Below the pieces are notes generated by a model. The model was not told the origin of the DNA, made no database searches, and saw nothing but the letters and a program-made list of their open reading frames with translations. A stretch of 63,888 nucleotides of DNA, counting the filler, from an uncultured bacterium (GTDB lineage Bacteria; Auribacterota; CAZIXI01): assembly GCA_964543115.1 (NCBI GenBank). It is 3 parts of 3 records of this genome, joined end to end, with 100 filler letters (N's around TTAATTAATTAA, not from the genome) between each part and the next. Parts side by side here need not be neighbours in the genome. Positions count along the whole stretch, not along the records: positions 26,931 to 53,345 come from CAZIXI010000014.1; 2 more parts are not named here. One strand, written 5' to 3'. Position numbers and translations under genes: made by a program. Positions 38,252 to 48,318 of this stretch are shown here, in pieces; the first letter of the stretch is position 1; each line of letters opens with the position of its first letter.

Positions 38252-38475
38252 CTCCGCCTCCTTTAATGAAAATATCATTATACAGCATGCTCTTGACATT
38301 TGCAAGATAGATTAACTTCTGGGTAATCACACGTCCAAAATCCGTACATATAAATGTAGGATTTTTAGACCTACGCCCCCACGCATTAATAATCTAACTC
38401 TTTGTATCTAAATTCCTTACCTTTCTTATTGTTCTCTTGGTATATATCTTGCTCTTACTATTAATGGAGTTATAT

Positions 38476-41400
38476 ATGAAAAAAATCATATCACTACTAT
38501 TGTTAACCACGTTTCTTCTTCAAACCACTAGCGGTTATCCCTATTCCGTGGCCAGTATCAAGCCGTTGGGCACAACGACTTCCGCTAAAAGAGAGAAGCA
38601 GGCGGCAGAGAAAGAGATTTTTATTCCGGAGCAATTCGGCCAAATCGAATCAAATACGGAATTTGTGTTAAACGCGCGGAATTCGGATAGATCAATCGTT
38701 ATCATTAAAGACGCTCACTGCATTTACGAGGCGCAGCATAATATCGCTAAAATCCTGGAGATCCTGATTCGCGACTATGATATCGATCTGGTCACTGTAG
38801 AGGGAGCGGAAGGGGAGCTGGACGCGGGTATATTCGGGCAGATCGCGGACAAAGAGATAAAAGAAGAAGCTTTTGACAGCTATGTCCAGAAAGGATACCT
38901 CAACGGTCCGGAATTTCTGCGAATCACCCAATACAACACCCTGCCCTTTACAATCTACGGGATGGAGGATGGAGAAATATATGTTGAGAATTATACCGCT
39001 TTCCGTAAAACCTGGGAAAACAAAAATAAAACAGAATTATTCCTGCGCGAAGTCCGCGGGCTCATGGGAAAATTAAAAAAACTAATTTATCCGCCGGATC
39101 TGCTGGCCTTTGATACAAAACTCCAGGAATACGAAAACAATGAATTGGGATTAACAGACTGGCTGATTTTGCTTAGGCAATGGCTTCCCGAGAATGCCGA
39201 GCTCAGCTCGTGGACATATTTCAATTTGGCAATAAAGGCAATCAGGCTGGAAGAAAAAACTGATTTTCAGCAGGTGAAAAGAGAAAGGAAAAAGTTAATC
39301 AGCCGCCTGGAGAAGACGCTTCCCCGCGAAGAATTGGCGCAACTGGTTGAATACAGCCTGAACTTAAAGTCGGGCCAGATAGCGCCCCTGGACTATTACT
39401 CCTTCATCGAGCAATATCTGCCTCCCCCGGAAGTTGATCCGACGGCATTTTCTGAATTGCGAAAATATATCCGGCTGGTCAAACTGCAGGCAGATATTGA
39501 TCAAGAAGGATTATTTGACGACCTGGACTCAATTACCGGAGAGATCGAAAATACCCTTGGCCAGAGCGATTTACAGGCAAAACTGATTCAGCTATGCAGA
39601 AGAATCAGTGTTCTGGAAAGATTGTTTCAACTGCGTCTGACCAGAAAACAGTTTAATCAGCTGTTGGAGGAAGGAAATTTATTTCTACCAACAGAAATCG
39701 TTCCTTTCCTGCAGGTGCTGGCTGCTCACTATGAATTGAAAATGCCCCCGCTGCTGGCTAATGAGCAGTTCCTGGCCCAGGTGGATCAGACAATCCTGCC
39801 GGCAGCGGATTTCTACCGGCTGGCCGTTGAACGCGACCATCTGCTGGTGGAAAATACCCTGGCCCTGATGGAAGTAGAAGGAAAACAGCGCGCGGCCATG
39901 GTTGTCGGAGGGTTTCATGCCGACGGGATAAAAAGGCTCCTGGCCCGGGAAGGAATTAACTATCTCTTGATTACACCAACCATCAGCAAAACCCCGCTGG
40001 ATAATCCCTATCTTTCCATCATGCTGGATGAAAGGATTCACTGCCCCCAGACAGATGATTCCTCCCCCGCCCTGGCCAATCCGGTAGTAATTTCGGAAAC
40101 GCCCCCGGGACCAATCACGGAAATGGCCGCAGATCTCGCCGGAACACTAAGGCATGAGGCATATCAGAGGTTAATTGAACTTGTCCGGGATAAGGACGAG
40201 CTTCGCTCGCCCGGTGAGCGTTTCAGTGAAGAGCTGCAATTACTCTCCGGTCTGGACCTAGAGGCAGTCAAGGCGGCCATCGCCCTGATCGAAAACGACA
40301 GCGGAATCAAAGATGCCCGAATCAAACTGGCGGAGTTAAGGAGTTTGGCAGAAGTTTTAGCAGCCAGGATAGCTGATCAAACAACCCCCGCAGAGGACAT
40401 TGAAGAAGATCAGCCAGCGGCAGTACGGAGTGATCAGAGTTTTAGAGCAGGTGCAATTTATATTGGGATATTAGCCGCTGCTTTTATCAGCATTATAATC
40501 CCGGCTTTTTTGGGGGTACCCCTGGCAATAACTATCGCCAATAATTTATTATACGCCTATCTGCCGGTAGTTATGCCGATAATACTGCTTTTTTACCAGA
40601 GTTACCGGGCAAACATACTCGCCGGTGAAGCAGGAACCGCCGCCAGTCCGCTTGATGAGTATTGGGAAATACGGCTAAAGTTCGGGTGGCTGCTGGCACC
40701 GTTTGTCTATATCCATGAATTAACGCATCGCGTCTTAGGCAAGAGCGAATTTGCCGCCTATACAGTAGAAATTCTGGCGATAATCATTAGTGCCCCGGTC
40801 ATTATAGCTGCCGTATTCTGTGCCCTCGTTTACAGATTGGTCCAAATGATGGCTCGCAAACATCCAGCCTTTATTGTCTATCTATTTCTTTACGCACCAC
40901 TGGTAATTTGCCTAACGGTTCTCCTGCCGTCGGTAATCGGATTTACCGGCACCATTGGTTTCGCGTTTTCCGCAACCATGGTTCCTGCCCTCGGCGGTAT
41001 TTTTCTGCCCAATAGGGCAGAAAGGCCGCAGCCAAGTCTTCCGGCAGTTATTTTCTCTCCTAATAAACATCTAGTGATTAATAAATTATCCCCACTGGAT
41101 TTTATCGATATCAGTTTTTCCGGCGTAGACAAAGATCGAGCGCGGTTAACCATTAAGGCGGCAAAAGACGGCAGCGGTTATGAATTTTACGCTAACGGCA
41201 GCCTGTCCGGTAAATTCTTGTTCAAAGAAAAAACCGCCCGCAAATTTCTCTTTATCAGGGGGCATTTTGGTTCTCAAAAACTAACCCGGGCTGGATATCA
41301 GACTATCTATCCGCCAAGAGGAACCAGTATTACGCTGAAAATAGACCGTAACGGAAACATATCAATTATTCCGGCGAAAGAAGGCAAAACTCCGGAAATT

Positions 41401-44400
41401 AAGACACAGACAAAAAAAGCCCTGGCCCACCATTTTGTCCGGACAATTCCCGCCCGGCACTTAAAAAGAATCAAATCATATCTGCAGGACGGAGAAGTTC
41501 CTCCGGACACCTATCTCATGGGAGCCCTCAAAGAGGTAAAAATCCAGTCCGAAACTTTAACGGCAAACTACTTGTTAGAAATAATTGAAGAAGCGGAAAG
41601 AAGGATCAACCGGGCAGCTACAATCAAAATGCAGACCGTTAAAGATCATCGCAGCAGAGACGCGCTCAGCGTCCTGGACCTGCTGGAGCATCTAATCACT
41701 CCTGATCTCCAGCAGAGTTACGACATGGTCCGGCAGGGGATACTTGCCGGAAAAATAGCGCCAGAAGATAAAAAAGCTTACCGGGAAGCGGCAAAAAAAC
41801 TCTACCAGTTTTTCAAGGCGTACAATATCGTTTTCTATACGCGCCGGCCGCATAATGTGCTCATCGGCGCACTAGAATCCTACATCCCCATAAATTATAC
41901 TCACCCCAAAGCACTGTTAAGCCGGGAAACCCAAATCGAACGCGCCAGCTTTGTTAAACCGTTCTTTGTTGCCGGCTATTCAACGGGTTTCGCCCCGCCT
42001 ACACTGAAAGAGGTTTTCTTAATCCTGGAAGATATCCACGACGAGAATAAATATCCTCATGAATACTTAATGCACCAGCTGGCCACCGCCGCGCATGAAA
42101 TCAGGCACCAGCTGGTTGAGGTTGACAGGGTGCAAAAAGGTAAAAGAATTAGCCGGGAAAACAGGCAAAAATTCGCAAATGATCAGGAATTCCTCGCCTA
42201 TCTGGCCTCATTCGAACAAGTAACGGGATATTTCCCCTCATTATTCCAAGAACATCTGCTGAAATTTATTTTTAAGTATTGGATCCTCGGCCTTAAGCAC
42301 AAGCGGGTGGACATGGAAATGACCATGTACGCCATGGAAGAACATGCCGGCGGGGCGCGGGGAATGCTAAAAGAGATAGCGAAACGGATAGGATTCGATA
42401 CCAGAGAAATTGATTCACTGACATTTATGGTGCAGCTATTGAGTGATAATAAAGCCCAGCGGGAAAAAGCAGCTCAGGCGTTAATGAAGTTCTACGAGGC
42501 AATCTGCGCGAAATATTCCCCCCAGGAATTCGCTGTTCTGGCCGGGCAATTATCCAGACAATTCTATACTGACAACCGAAGAGCCTATGGCACCGCTCCC
42601 GAGTTTCTTGACGACCGTAATTTACAGATCCGCTACATGTCGCTAGCAGAAGTCGCTCCGCAAGCAACAGAGCAGGATCGCTTAGCACCAACCCCCCTGC
42701 CGATGGTTGAGATAATCAGGCAGGCAATTAGACTAAAGAGGAAAAGCCGTGCCCGGCAGACAGAAAAAACAGTTCCGGAATTTCTTGAGGAATACCTGCA
42801 GCCGGCAATTGAGAAACTGCGAAAAAGGATGAAAGAAAAAGGTATTGGCGTAGGCGATCTGGCCTATGATACAGTATCCACTACCTTTAGCTGGAGAAGA
42901 GCGGCTGCTGCCATTCGCGGACCAAGGCCGGCAGTAAACTTTCAGCATTCGGGAGGGCCATTAAAACAGCCGGGAAAAGGAACAGCTGACCTTGGCGAAA
43001 AAACATTTAGACGAATAGTCCGGACCAGCCAGCCATTAGACTTAAACCCCACTGACATTAAGGCAATCAACAGCGCAATGCGCGCGGCCGGGGCAGCGGA
43101 TTATGCCGATGAAAAAAATATCCTGGCTACAGGAAAAATACGTATCTATGAATCCGCTGACCTGCCACTTACCATGGATGCCTACGGAAAGGTGCAAAAC
43201 GGCATCCTGCACATTATCGTGCGCAGTGACTACACAAATTATCTCCTGCAGGAAGGCCTTTATTATCTTGGCCTGGCCGAGATTATTGATCACGAGTGGG
43301 GTGAACAGGTGGAACAATTAAGCCACCGGCAAGCTGCTCAGCGCCAGCGCGGTTACCGGCGCGAAAAAGGTTTAACTGTTTATCACGAATGGGTGATTAA
43401 TCGGAAAATGACCATTGACCAATTGCAGGCGATTGTTGCTGAATACCAGGATCCCACAACGGACAAAACCGGCTGGGGTGACTACGAAGACACATTCTAC
43501 GCCGTGGCCCAGGAACGTTTGGCTGCCCTAAAAGAAAGACAGGCAGAAAAGGCCCGGGTAACTATTCCTGAAATCGCCCAGGCACTGGGCCTGAATGAGC
43601 AGCAGCTGCAAAAGGGAGTTTTTGACCGCCTGGCTGACCCGGAACAGGATGAGCAGCTGGCCCTGCGATTGCTCATCCTGATGAAGGAGGATAACGGCAC
43701 TATTGACCGGCATGAAATCCAGCTGTTGCTGGATTCTATTGACCGTGTAATGGATATCCTGCCCCTAATCAATTCCCTCTTTACGGAAGAATCCGCGAAA
43801 AAGCAGACCATTCAACGATTAAGTTATCTTTTAGCTATTCTGAAGCTGCAGAAAAAAGTTCAGCTGGAAGATGAATGGAAACAGGCACCGCAATTTCTGA
43901 TTCAGCTGCTCCAGGCAATCGAACGCAGCACTACGCTAACCAGCGCTGAGATTAAACCGCTGCTTTTAGATTTATTACAAATGGACATTGACTTGCAGGA
44001 AACGGCAACCGGTAAGAGGGTTCCCACTCGCCTAGACATCTATTTGCAGAATCTGATTACATTCTGCGACACCCCGGAAGTAACCAGCCTCTGCCAGCAG
44101 TTATTGCGTTATAAGCTGGCCCAGGCAGAGGTCTGTCGCGAGCTGCAGGTAGAGCAGCTGGCGACATCCGCAGGCGAGCAGGATATTATCCTGCTTATCC
44201 GCGGATATCAGCGGGACAAGAAAAACAGAAACCTCGTTGCCGGATTGATTGTCGAATATTCAATCAATCAAAGCGAGTTTACGGCACGGTACGGCCTGCA
44301 GGTAAAGAGTATGGTGGAAAAGATTATCAGCCGTAAACCCGCACTGGAATCATTGGCGCAAAAGCAGCTTAAAATAGCCGCCACCCCCTATCGTTCTTTA

Positions 44401-45411
44401 GACAACCTGATTAGACAGAAACTTGGACTGACCGGAGAATGTATTTTATACCGGGATGAGCTGGACGGTAAAATATATCTGGCTGCCCTCAACCGTTTCC
44501 GGCCGGGAGAAGGAATTATACGGCCCGATGACATTACCGCCAAAGAAGAAGTAACCGGTTTATTGGTTGAGCAGGCAGCAGAGATGTTTGACCAGCTGGG
44601 TGTCAGCCATAAATTATTTTACAACGATAACCGTTTCCGGCCGGCCGCGCCCCGGCAAAATGCCGTACCGGAACTTTTACTGAATTCACAGACGGCGGTA
44701 ATCAATAAAGGCCGGGAGATGGATGAAGATTTACGCGGACAATACGATCTGGAAACGACAATCGGCACTTTTAGTGAAGATACCGGCGGCTTAATTGACA
44801 TCTCCGCCTATTTGACCGTTGATAAAAAAACAGCCGGCGGCTATGTAGTTAACAATACCGGAGAGGGAGGAACGGAATTTCTGCGGCAGATGAAGAAACA
44901 CGGCAAGCAGTTGAAATACCTTTACCTGAACGATGCTCAAAAAGCTGCCTGGCAGTTATACCTGGAACAACACGGTATCGAAACAGCCGAAGATGAATTT
45001 CAGTTAATGACTGAAACAAATTATGCGGAGCTGGAAGAAGCTCTTAACCAGGCTGGAATAAAAAAGGTTATCACCATCGCCAATCCTGATAATCCGGAAA
45101 ACAGCAGATTCTTCAGCAGCCTGAGCGGACGCAAACGCATTGTTATGCACGATGACCTGGTGCTGGCCACCAGAGTGGCCGCCTTCCTGGGCACGATAGA
45201 ACTGACCCAGGAATTAGCGGATATGAAAAACGGGCTGAGGACTATTTTTAGCGCATATTATAAAGATTCTCCCTACGCCGATCAAATCGAGGAATTCCTG
45301 GCAAATGTTTCCTGGGGCTGGTACCTGACCCTGCCGCCGATGGTTCCTTTCCTCAAGGACCACTATAACGCCCTGCGCACCGCCCGCGAACTGCTTTTGC
45401 GCTCCGCCTAA
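38476..45411 (+). CDS. Giant (~2310 aa) signal-peptide modular protein with conserved DAHC-type N-terminal domain, TM segments and HExxH motifs
   Basis: MKKIISLLLL after GGAG. IKDAHCIYEAQHNI...VEGA, VVGGFHADGI, YIHELTH, AAHEIRH. Confidence 0.8.
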   Translation: MKKIISLLLLTTFLLQTTSGYPYSVASIKPLGTTTSAKREKQAAEKEIFIPEQFGQIESNTEFVLNARNSDRSIVIIKDAHCIYEAQHNIAKILEILIRDYDIDLVTVEGAEGELDAGIFGQIADKEIKEEAFDSYVQKGYLNGPEFLRITQYNTLPFTIYGMEDGEIYVENYTAFRKTWENKNKTELFLREVRGLMGKLKKLIYPPDLLAFDTKLQEYENNELGLTDWLILLRQWLPENAELSSWTYFNLAIKAIRLEEKTDFQQVKRERKKLISRLEKTLPREELAQLVEYSLNLKSGQIAPLDYYSFIEQYLPPPEVDPTAFSELRKYIRLVKLQADIDQEGLFDDLDSITGEIENTLGQSDLQAKLIQLCRRISVLERLFQLRLTRKQFNQLLEEGNLFLPTEIVPFLQVLAAHYELKMPPLLANEQFLAQVDQTILPAADFYRLAVERDHLLVENTLALMEVEGKQRAAMVVGGFHADGIKRLLAREGINYLLITPTISKTPLDNPYLSIMLDERIHCPQTDDSSPALANPVVISETPPGPITEMAADLAGTLRHEAYQRLIELVRDKDELRSPGERFSEELQLLSGLDLEAVKAAIALIENDSGIKDARIKLAELRSLAEVLAARIADQTTPAEDIEEDQPAAVRSDQSFRAGAIYIGILAAAFISIIIPAFLGVPLAITIANNLLYAYLPVVMPIILLFYQSYRANILAGEAGTAASPLDEYWEIRLKFGWLLAPFVYIHELTHRVLGKSEFAAYTVEILAIIISAPVIIAAVFCALVYRLVQMMARKHPAFIVYLFLYAPLVICLTVLLPSVIGFTGTIGFAFSATMVPALGGIFLPNRAERPQPSLPAVIFSPNKHLVINKLSPLDFIDISFSGVDKDRARLTIKAAKDGSGYEFYANGSLSGKFLFKEKTARKFLFIRGHFGSQKLTRAGYQTIYPPRGTSITLKIDRNGNISIIPAKEGKTPEIKTQTKKALAHHFVRTIPARHLKRIKSYLQDGEVPPDTYLMGALKEVKIQSETLTANYLLEIIEEAERRINRAATIKMQTVKDHRSRDALSVLDLLEHLITPDLQQSYDMVRQGILAGKIAPEDKKAYREAAKKLYQFFKAYNIVFYTRRPHNVLIGALESYIPINYTHPKALLSRETQIERASFVKPFFVAGYSTGFAPPTLKEVFLILEDIHDENKYPHEYLMHQLATAAHEIRHQLVEVDRVQKGKRISRENRQKFANDQEFLAYLASFEQVTGYFPSLFQEHLLKFIFKYWILGLKHKRVDMEMTMYAMEEHAGGARGMLKEIAKRIGFDTREIDSLTFMVQLLSDNKAQREKAAQALMKFYEAICAKYSPQEFAVLAGQLSRQFYTDNRRAYGTAPEFLDDRNLQIRYMSLAEVAPQATEQDRLAPTPLPMVEIIRQAIRLKRKSRARQTEKTVPEFLEEYLQPAIEKLRKRMKEKGIGVGDLAYDTVSTTFSWRRAAAAIRGPRPAVNFQHSGGPLKQPGKGTADLGEKTFRRIVRTSQPLDLNPTDIKAINSAMRAAGAADYADEKNILATGKIRIYESADLPLTMDAYGKVQNGILHIIVRSDYTNYLLQEGLYYLGLAEIIDHEWGEQVEQLSHRQAAQRQRGYRREKGLTVYHEWVINRKMTIDQLQAIVAEYQDPTTDKTGWGDYEDTFYAVAQERLAALKERQAEKARVTIPEIAQALGLNEQQLQKGVFDRLADPEQDEQLALRLLILMKEDNGTIDRHEIQLLLDSIDRVMDILPLINSLFTEESAKKQTIQRLSYLLAILKLQKKVQLEDEWKQAPQFLIQLLQAIERSTTLTSAEIKPLLLDLLQMDIDLQETATGKRVPTRLDIYLQNLITFCDTPEVTSLCQQLLRYKLAQAEVCRELQVEQLATSAGEQDIILLIRGYQRDKKNRNLVAGLIVEYSINQSEFTARYGLQVKSMVEKIISRKPALESLAQKQLKIAATPYRSLDNLIRQKLGLTGECILYRDELDGKIYLAALNRFRPGEGIIRPDDITAKEEVTGLLVEQAAEMFDQLGVSHKLFYNDNRFRPAAPRQNAVPELLLNSQTAVINKGREMDEDLRGQYDLETTIGTFSEDTGGLIDISAYLTVDKKTAGGYVVNNTGEGGTEFLRQMKKHGKQLKYLYLNDAQKAAWQLYLEQHGIETAEDEFQLMTETNYAELEEALNQAGIKKVITIANPDNPENSRFFSSLSGRKRIVMHDDLVLATRVAAFLGTIELTQELADMKNGLRTIFSAYYKDSPYADQIEEFLANVSWGWYLTLPPMVPFLKDHYNALRTARELLLRSA

Positions 45412-45558
45412 ATCGTAACCGCATTAATTTATAAGGAATCCAGGAAAGACAGTCTATAACCATTCCCCTAGAGCAGTCCCAAGCTCTGCTTGGGAAAGAA
45501 AAAAAACCTTAAAATTCTCCTGTTGTTCCTGGTTTCCTTATATTAAAATAGTATTAAC

Positions 45559-46497
45559 ATGAAATCATATATTCTAACCATTACCCTCAACCCGGCAATT
45601 GATAAAACAGTAGTGGTTCCGGGCTTTCAGACAGGCAGAGACTTCAGGGAAGAGGCGCTGGCGGTAACTGCCGGCGGTAAGGGGATTAATGTTTCCCGCG
45701 TATTAAGGCACCTGGGTTCCCCTACCCTGGCCAGCGGCCTTCTCGGGGGCTGCAGCGGCCTTTATCTTAGAGAGAAGCTGGCCAAGGAAAAGATCAATAA
45801 CGATTTCTCCCGGATTAAGGGTAATTCCCGCACCAGCCTGACAATTATTAACTCCAAAACAAATGAACTTACCAGGGTGCTGGAACGCGGCCCGTGGGTT
45901 AGCCGGAAGGAACTGGCAGCCTTCCGTAAAAAGTACCTCTCCCTGCTCTCACACTCCCGCTGTGTGATTATTTCCGGGCGGAACATTCCCGGCGTGCCGG
46001 ATTCTTTCAGCGGCGAATTGGTCAGTCTGGCTCGAAAAAAAGGTATTCCCACTGTCCTGGACACCAGCAGCCGGCCATATGAGCTTGGTTTGCGGGAAAA
46101 ACCGTTTCTTATTAAGCCCAATTTGAAAGAGGCAGAACATGTATTGGGTTATCGCCTCAATTCCTTATCCCAACGAAAGAAGGCCTTAAAGAAATTTCTG
46201 GCCGGGGGAGTAAAGATTGCGATTATTACTCTCGGCTCGCAAGGAGCGATTGCCGCTAATGAAAGAGAAACTATTTTAGTACGGCCGCCAAAGGTTAAGC
46301 GGCTCAGCCCGGTGGGCTGCGGAGACGCGTTCGTTGGCGGTTTTATCGCGGCATATCTGCATGACCTGGATTTTTGTGGCTGCCTGCGCAAGGCCGCGGC
46401 CTGCGGAACAGCTAATGCCCTGAGTATTAATCCCGGGGCAATAAATAGAATTATGGTAAAACGTCTGGCAAGGAAAGTAAAAATAACGCGCTTATAA
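45559..46497 (+). CDS. 1-phosphofructokinase-family (PfkB) hexose kinase
   Basis: TITLNPAID, GGKGINVS, IKPNLKE, VGCGDAF. Confidence 0.9.
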   Translation: MKSYILTITLNPAIDKTVVVPGFQTGRDFREEALAVTAGGKGINVSRVLRHLGSPTLASGLLGGCSGLYLREKLAKEKINNDFSRIKGNSRTSLTIINSKTNELTRVLERGPWVSRKELAAFRKKYLSLLSHSRCVIISGRNIPGVPDSFSGELVSLARKKGIPTVLDTSSRPYELGLREKPFLIKPNLKEAEHVLGYRLNSLSQRKKALKKFLAGGVKIAIITLGSQGAIAANERETILVRPPKVKRLSPVGCGDAFVGGFIAAYLHDLDFCGCLRKAAACGTANALSINPGAINRIMVKRLARKVKITRL

Positions 46498-46607
46498 TAA
46501 TTGAGGAGATTGAACCTTTTTCTCTTTATTATCTTTGTTCTATTTGCTAATATATATAATTACACTAAACCATTAACTGTTTTTATGTAAACAGATAGGA
46601 GGGAAAT

Positions 46608-47591
46608 ATGGCAAAAAAGTTGTTTCTTTATAGTATTGTGTTTGTTTTTGTATTTTGTTGTTTTCAATCCGTGAGCTACGCGTTTCTCCCCTTTATGGAA
46701 AAGGGAGAAAGTAAGGCCGAGGCCGAACCGGCCGGCCCGCCGCCGCAGGCAGTGCCTGTGGCCACCGGACCAAAGAAACTTATCGGGGTGGCGGAATTCG
46801 AAAACAAAACCAACTGGAGCGGACAGGTTAATTTAGGTACCGGGATGGCGGATCAGCTGATTACCGCTTTAATGAATACCCATAGATTTATTGTTCTTGA
46901 ACGGGGCAGTATAGAAGCGGTGTTACGCGAACAGGATTTTGCCTCCAGCGGCCGCACTACCGCCACCGGCGGGGCAAAAACAGGCAAAATCAACCGGGCG
47001 CAGATACTTATTCAGGGTGCCATTACAGAATTTGGTTCAACAGAATCAAGCGGCGGCGGCATTGCCATTAAAGGTTTTGCCTTTGGCGGCAAATCAGCAA
47101 AAGCCATCGTTGGTGTGGACCTGCGAATATATGATACAACCACCGGCCAGGTATTGGCCTCTAAGGCCTGCCGGGGTGTAGCTAAATCCAGCGGTTCCAG
47201 TATTGGCTACTCTGGCGGTGACTTTGGTTTTGCCAGCGGCGGTGAAGCCAAGACCCCGATGGATACCGCGGTTCGCGCGGCAATCACCCAGGCCGTGGCC
47301 TTTATTATCATGGAACTGGACCGGGTGCCCTGGGAGGGCCGCATCGCCATGGTCAAAGAAGGGATGATCTACATTAATGTCGGCCGCACAGCCGGAATTA
47401 AAGTGGGCGACAAATTTGGCGTGTATAAAGAGGGAGAAGAAATAGTTGACCCCGATTCTGGTTTTACCCTGGGAGCGGAAGCCACTAAGATTGGCACCGT
47501 AGAAGTGCTTAATGTGCAAGAAAAATTTTCCAAGGCAACACCAATAAGCGGGGCGGGTTTTGAAACGAATAATATTATAAAATACGAGTAA
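46608..47591 (+). CDS. CsgG/HfaB-family protein with FlgT-like C-terminal domain
   Basis: IGVAEFEN, GMADQLITAL...RFIVLER, IQGAITEF, IYINVG...GIKVGD. Confidence 0.8.
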   Translation: MAKKLFLYSIVFVFVFCCFQSVSYAFLPFMEKGESKAEAEPAGPPPQAVPVATGPKKLIGVAEFENKTNWSGQVNLGTGMADQLITALMNTHRFIVLERGSIEAVLREQDFASSGRTTATGGAKTGKINRAQILIQGAITEFGSTESSGGGIAIKGFAFGGKSAKAIVGVDLRIYDTTTGQVLASKACRGVAKSSGSSIGYSGGDFGFASGGEAKTPMDTAVRAAITQAVAFIIMELDRVPWEGRIAMVKEGMIYINVGRTAGIKVGDKFGVYKEGEEIVDPDSGFTLGAEATKIGTVEVLNVQEKFSKATPISGAGFETNNIIKYE

Positions 47592-47620
47592 TACGACCGT
47601 TTCTTAGATTAGCAATTAAA

Positions 47621-47658
47621 GCCAGTTGAGGCCACCAGGTGTTCAACTGGCTTTTTTT
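47621..47658 (+). terminator. Intrinsic terminator
   Basis: GCCAGTTGA...TCAACTGGC plus T tract between convergent genes. Confidence 0.75.
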
Positions 47659-47918
47659 TAAGACGCGGTCCTGGTCAGCAAACGCCGTGTATTCATCGCT
47701 TCCAGCCATTTGCTTGTAGGCTGTATTTGGCAGGACTTTTCCCCGGTAGAGTCAAAACTAAAACCTATTTTATCTGTATCTAGTTGCACATTCCCTTTAT
47801 TTATGCCTAATTGACAATAATTTATACTATTTACCGGATAAACAACCAACCCGGCAGCATATATGTTGCTTACTATTATTAATAAGCTAACTATAATAAA
47901 TAACCCTAACCCTTTCAT
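47658..47918 (-). CDS. Small exported hypothetical protein
   Basis: GGGAG SD, MKGLGLFIIVSLLIIVSNIYA. Confidence 0.5.
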   Translation of the reverse strand: MKGLGLFIIVSLLIIVSNIYAAGLVVYPVNSINYCQLGINKGNVQLDTDKIGFSFDSTGEKSCQIQPTSKWLEAMNTRRLLTRTAS

Positions 47919-47952
47919 ATTCTTCTCCCTATTACTAAGCACCCTTCTTTAT

Positions 47953-48091
47953 TCCGAACTAAAAAAGAGCTGCCAGCTGTTGGGGGGCCAGCCAGCCAGC
48001 AACCCTTAATTTTTTATTCTAAGCTCCTTACTTTGAACTCCGAACTAAAAAGAGCTGCCAGCCAGTGGGGGGCCAGCTGACCAGCAGCACC
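47953..48091 (-). repeat. Two 53-nt hairpin repeats (47953-48005, 48039-48091)
   Basis: Shared loop CTGGCCCCCCA and tail CAGCTCTTTTT(T)AGTTCGG; stems differ but both pair. Confidence 0.75.
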
Positions 48092-48318
48092 TCCATGTTG
48101 AGGTAAGTTTATTACTGCAAGTACTATGCCAGTTAGGCAAAAAGCATATATGTTTAGCAGGCAATGCATTACGATAATCAGCCAATAAGTGCCCTGAAAA
48201 TAATTCACATTTATATGAAAAAAAGTTCATATTTTTGCGTCAAAAACGCCAACGTGGTTAAATCTCTATTCTTGACAAACTAGGACCAGAAATGTCTCTA
48301 CAAAATAGGAGCAAGCCC

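Noticed and set aside
47953..48091. CRISPR array
   Set aside because: Only two units, internal sequence is not identical, U tracts are terminator-like, and there are no cas genes.
48225..48262. c-di-GMP-I riboswitch suggested by GACGCAAAA on the minus strand
   Set aside because: The P1/P2 stems and GGCAAAC/GNRA elements could not be found.
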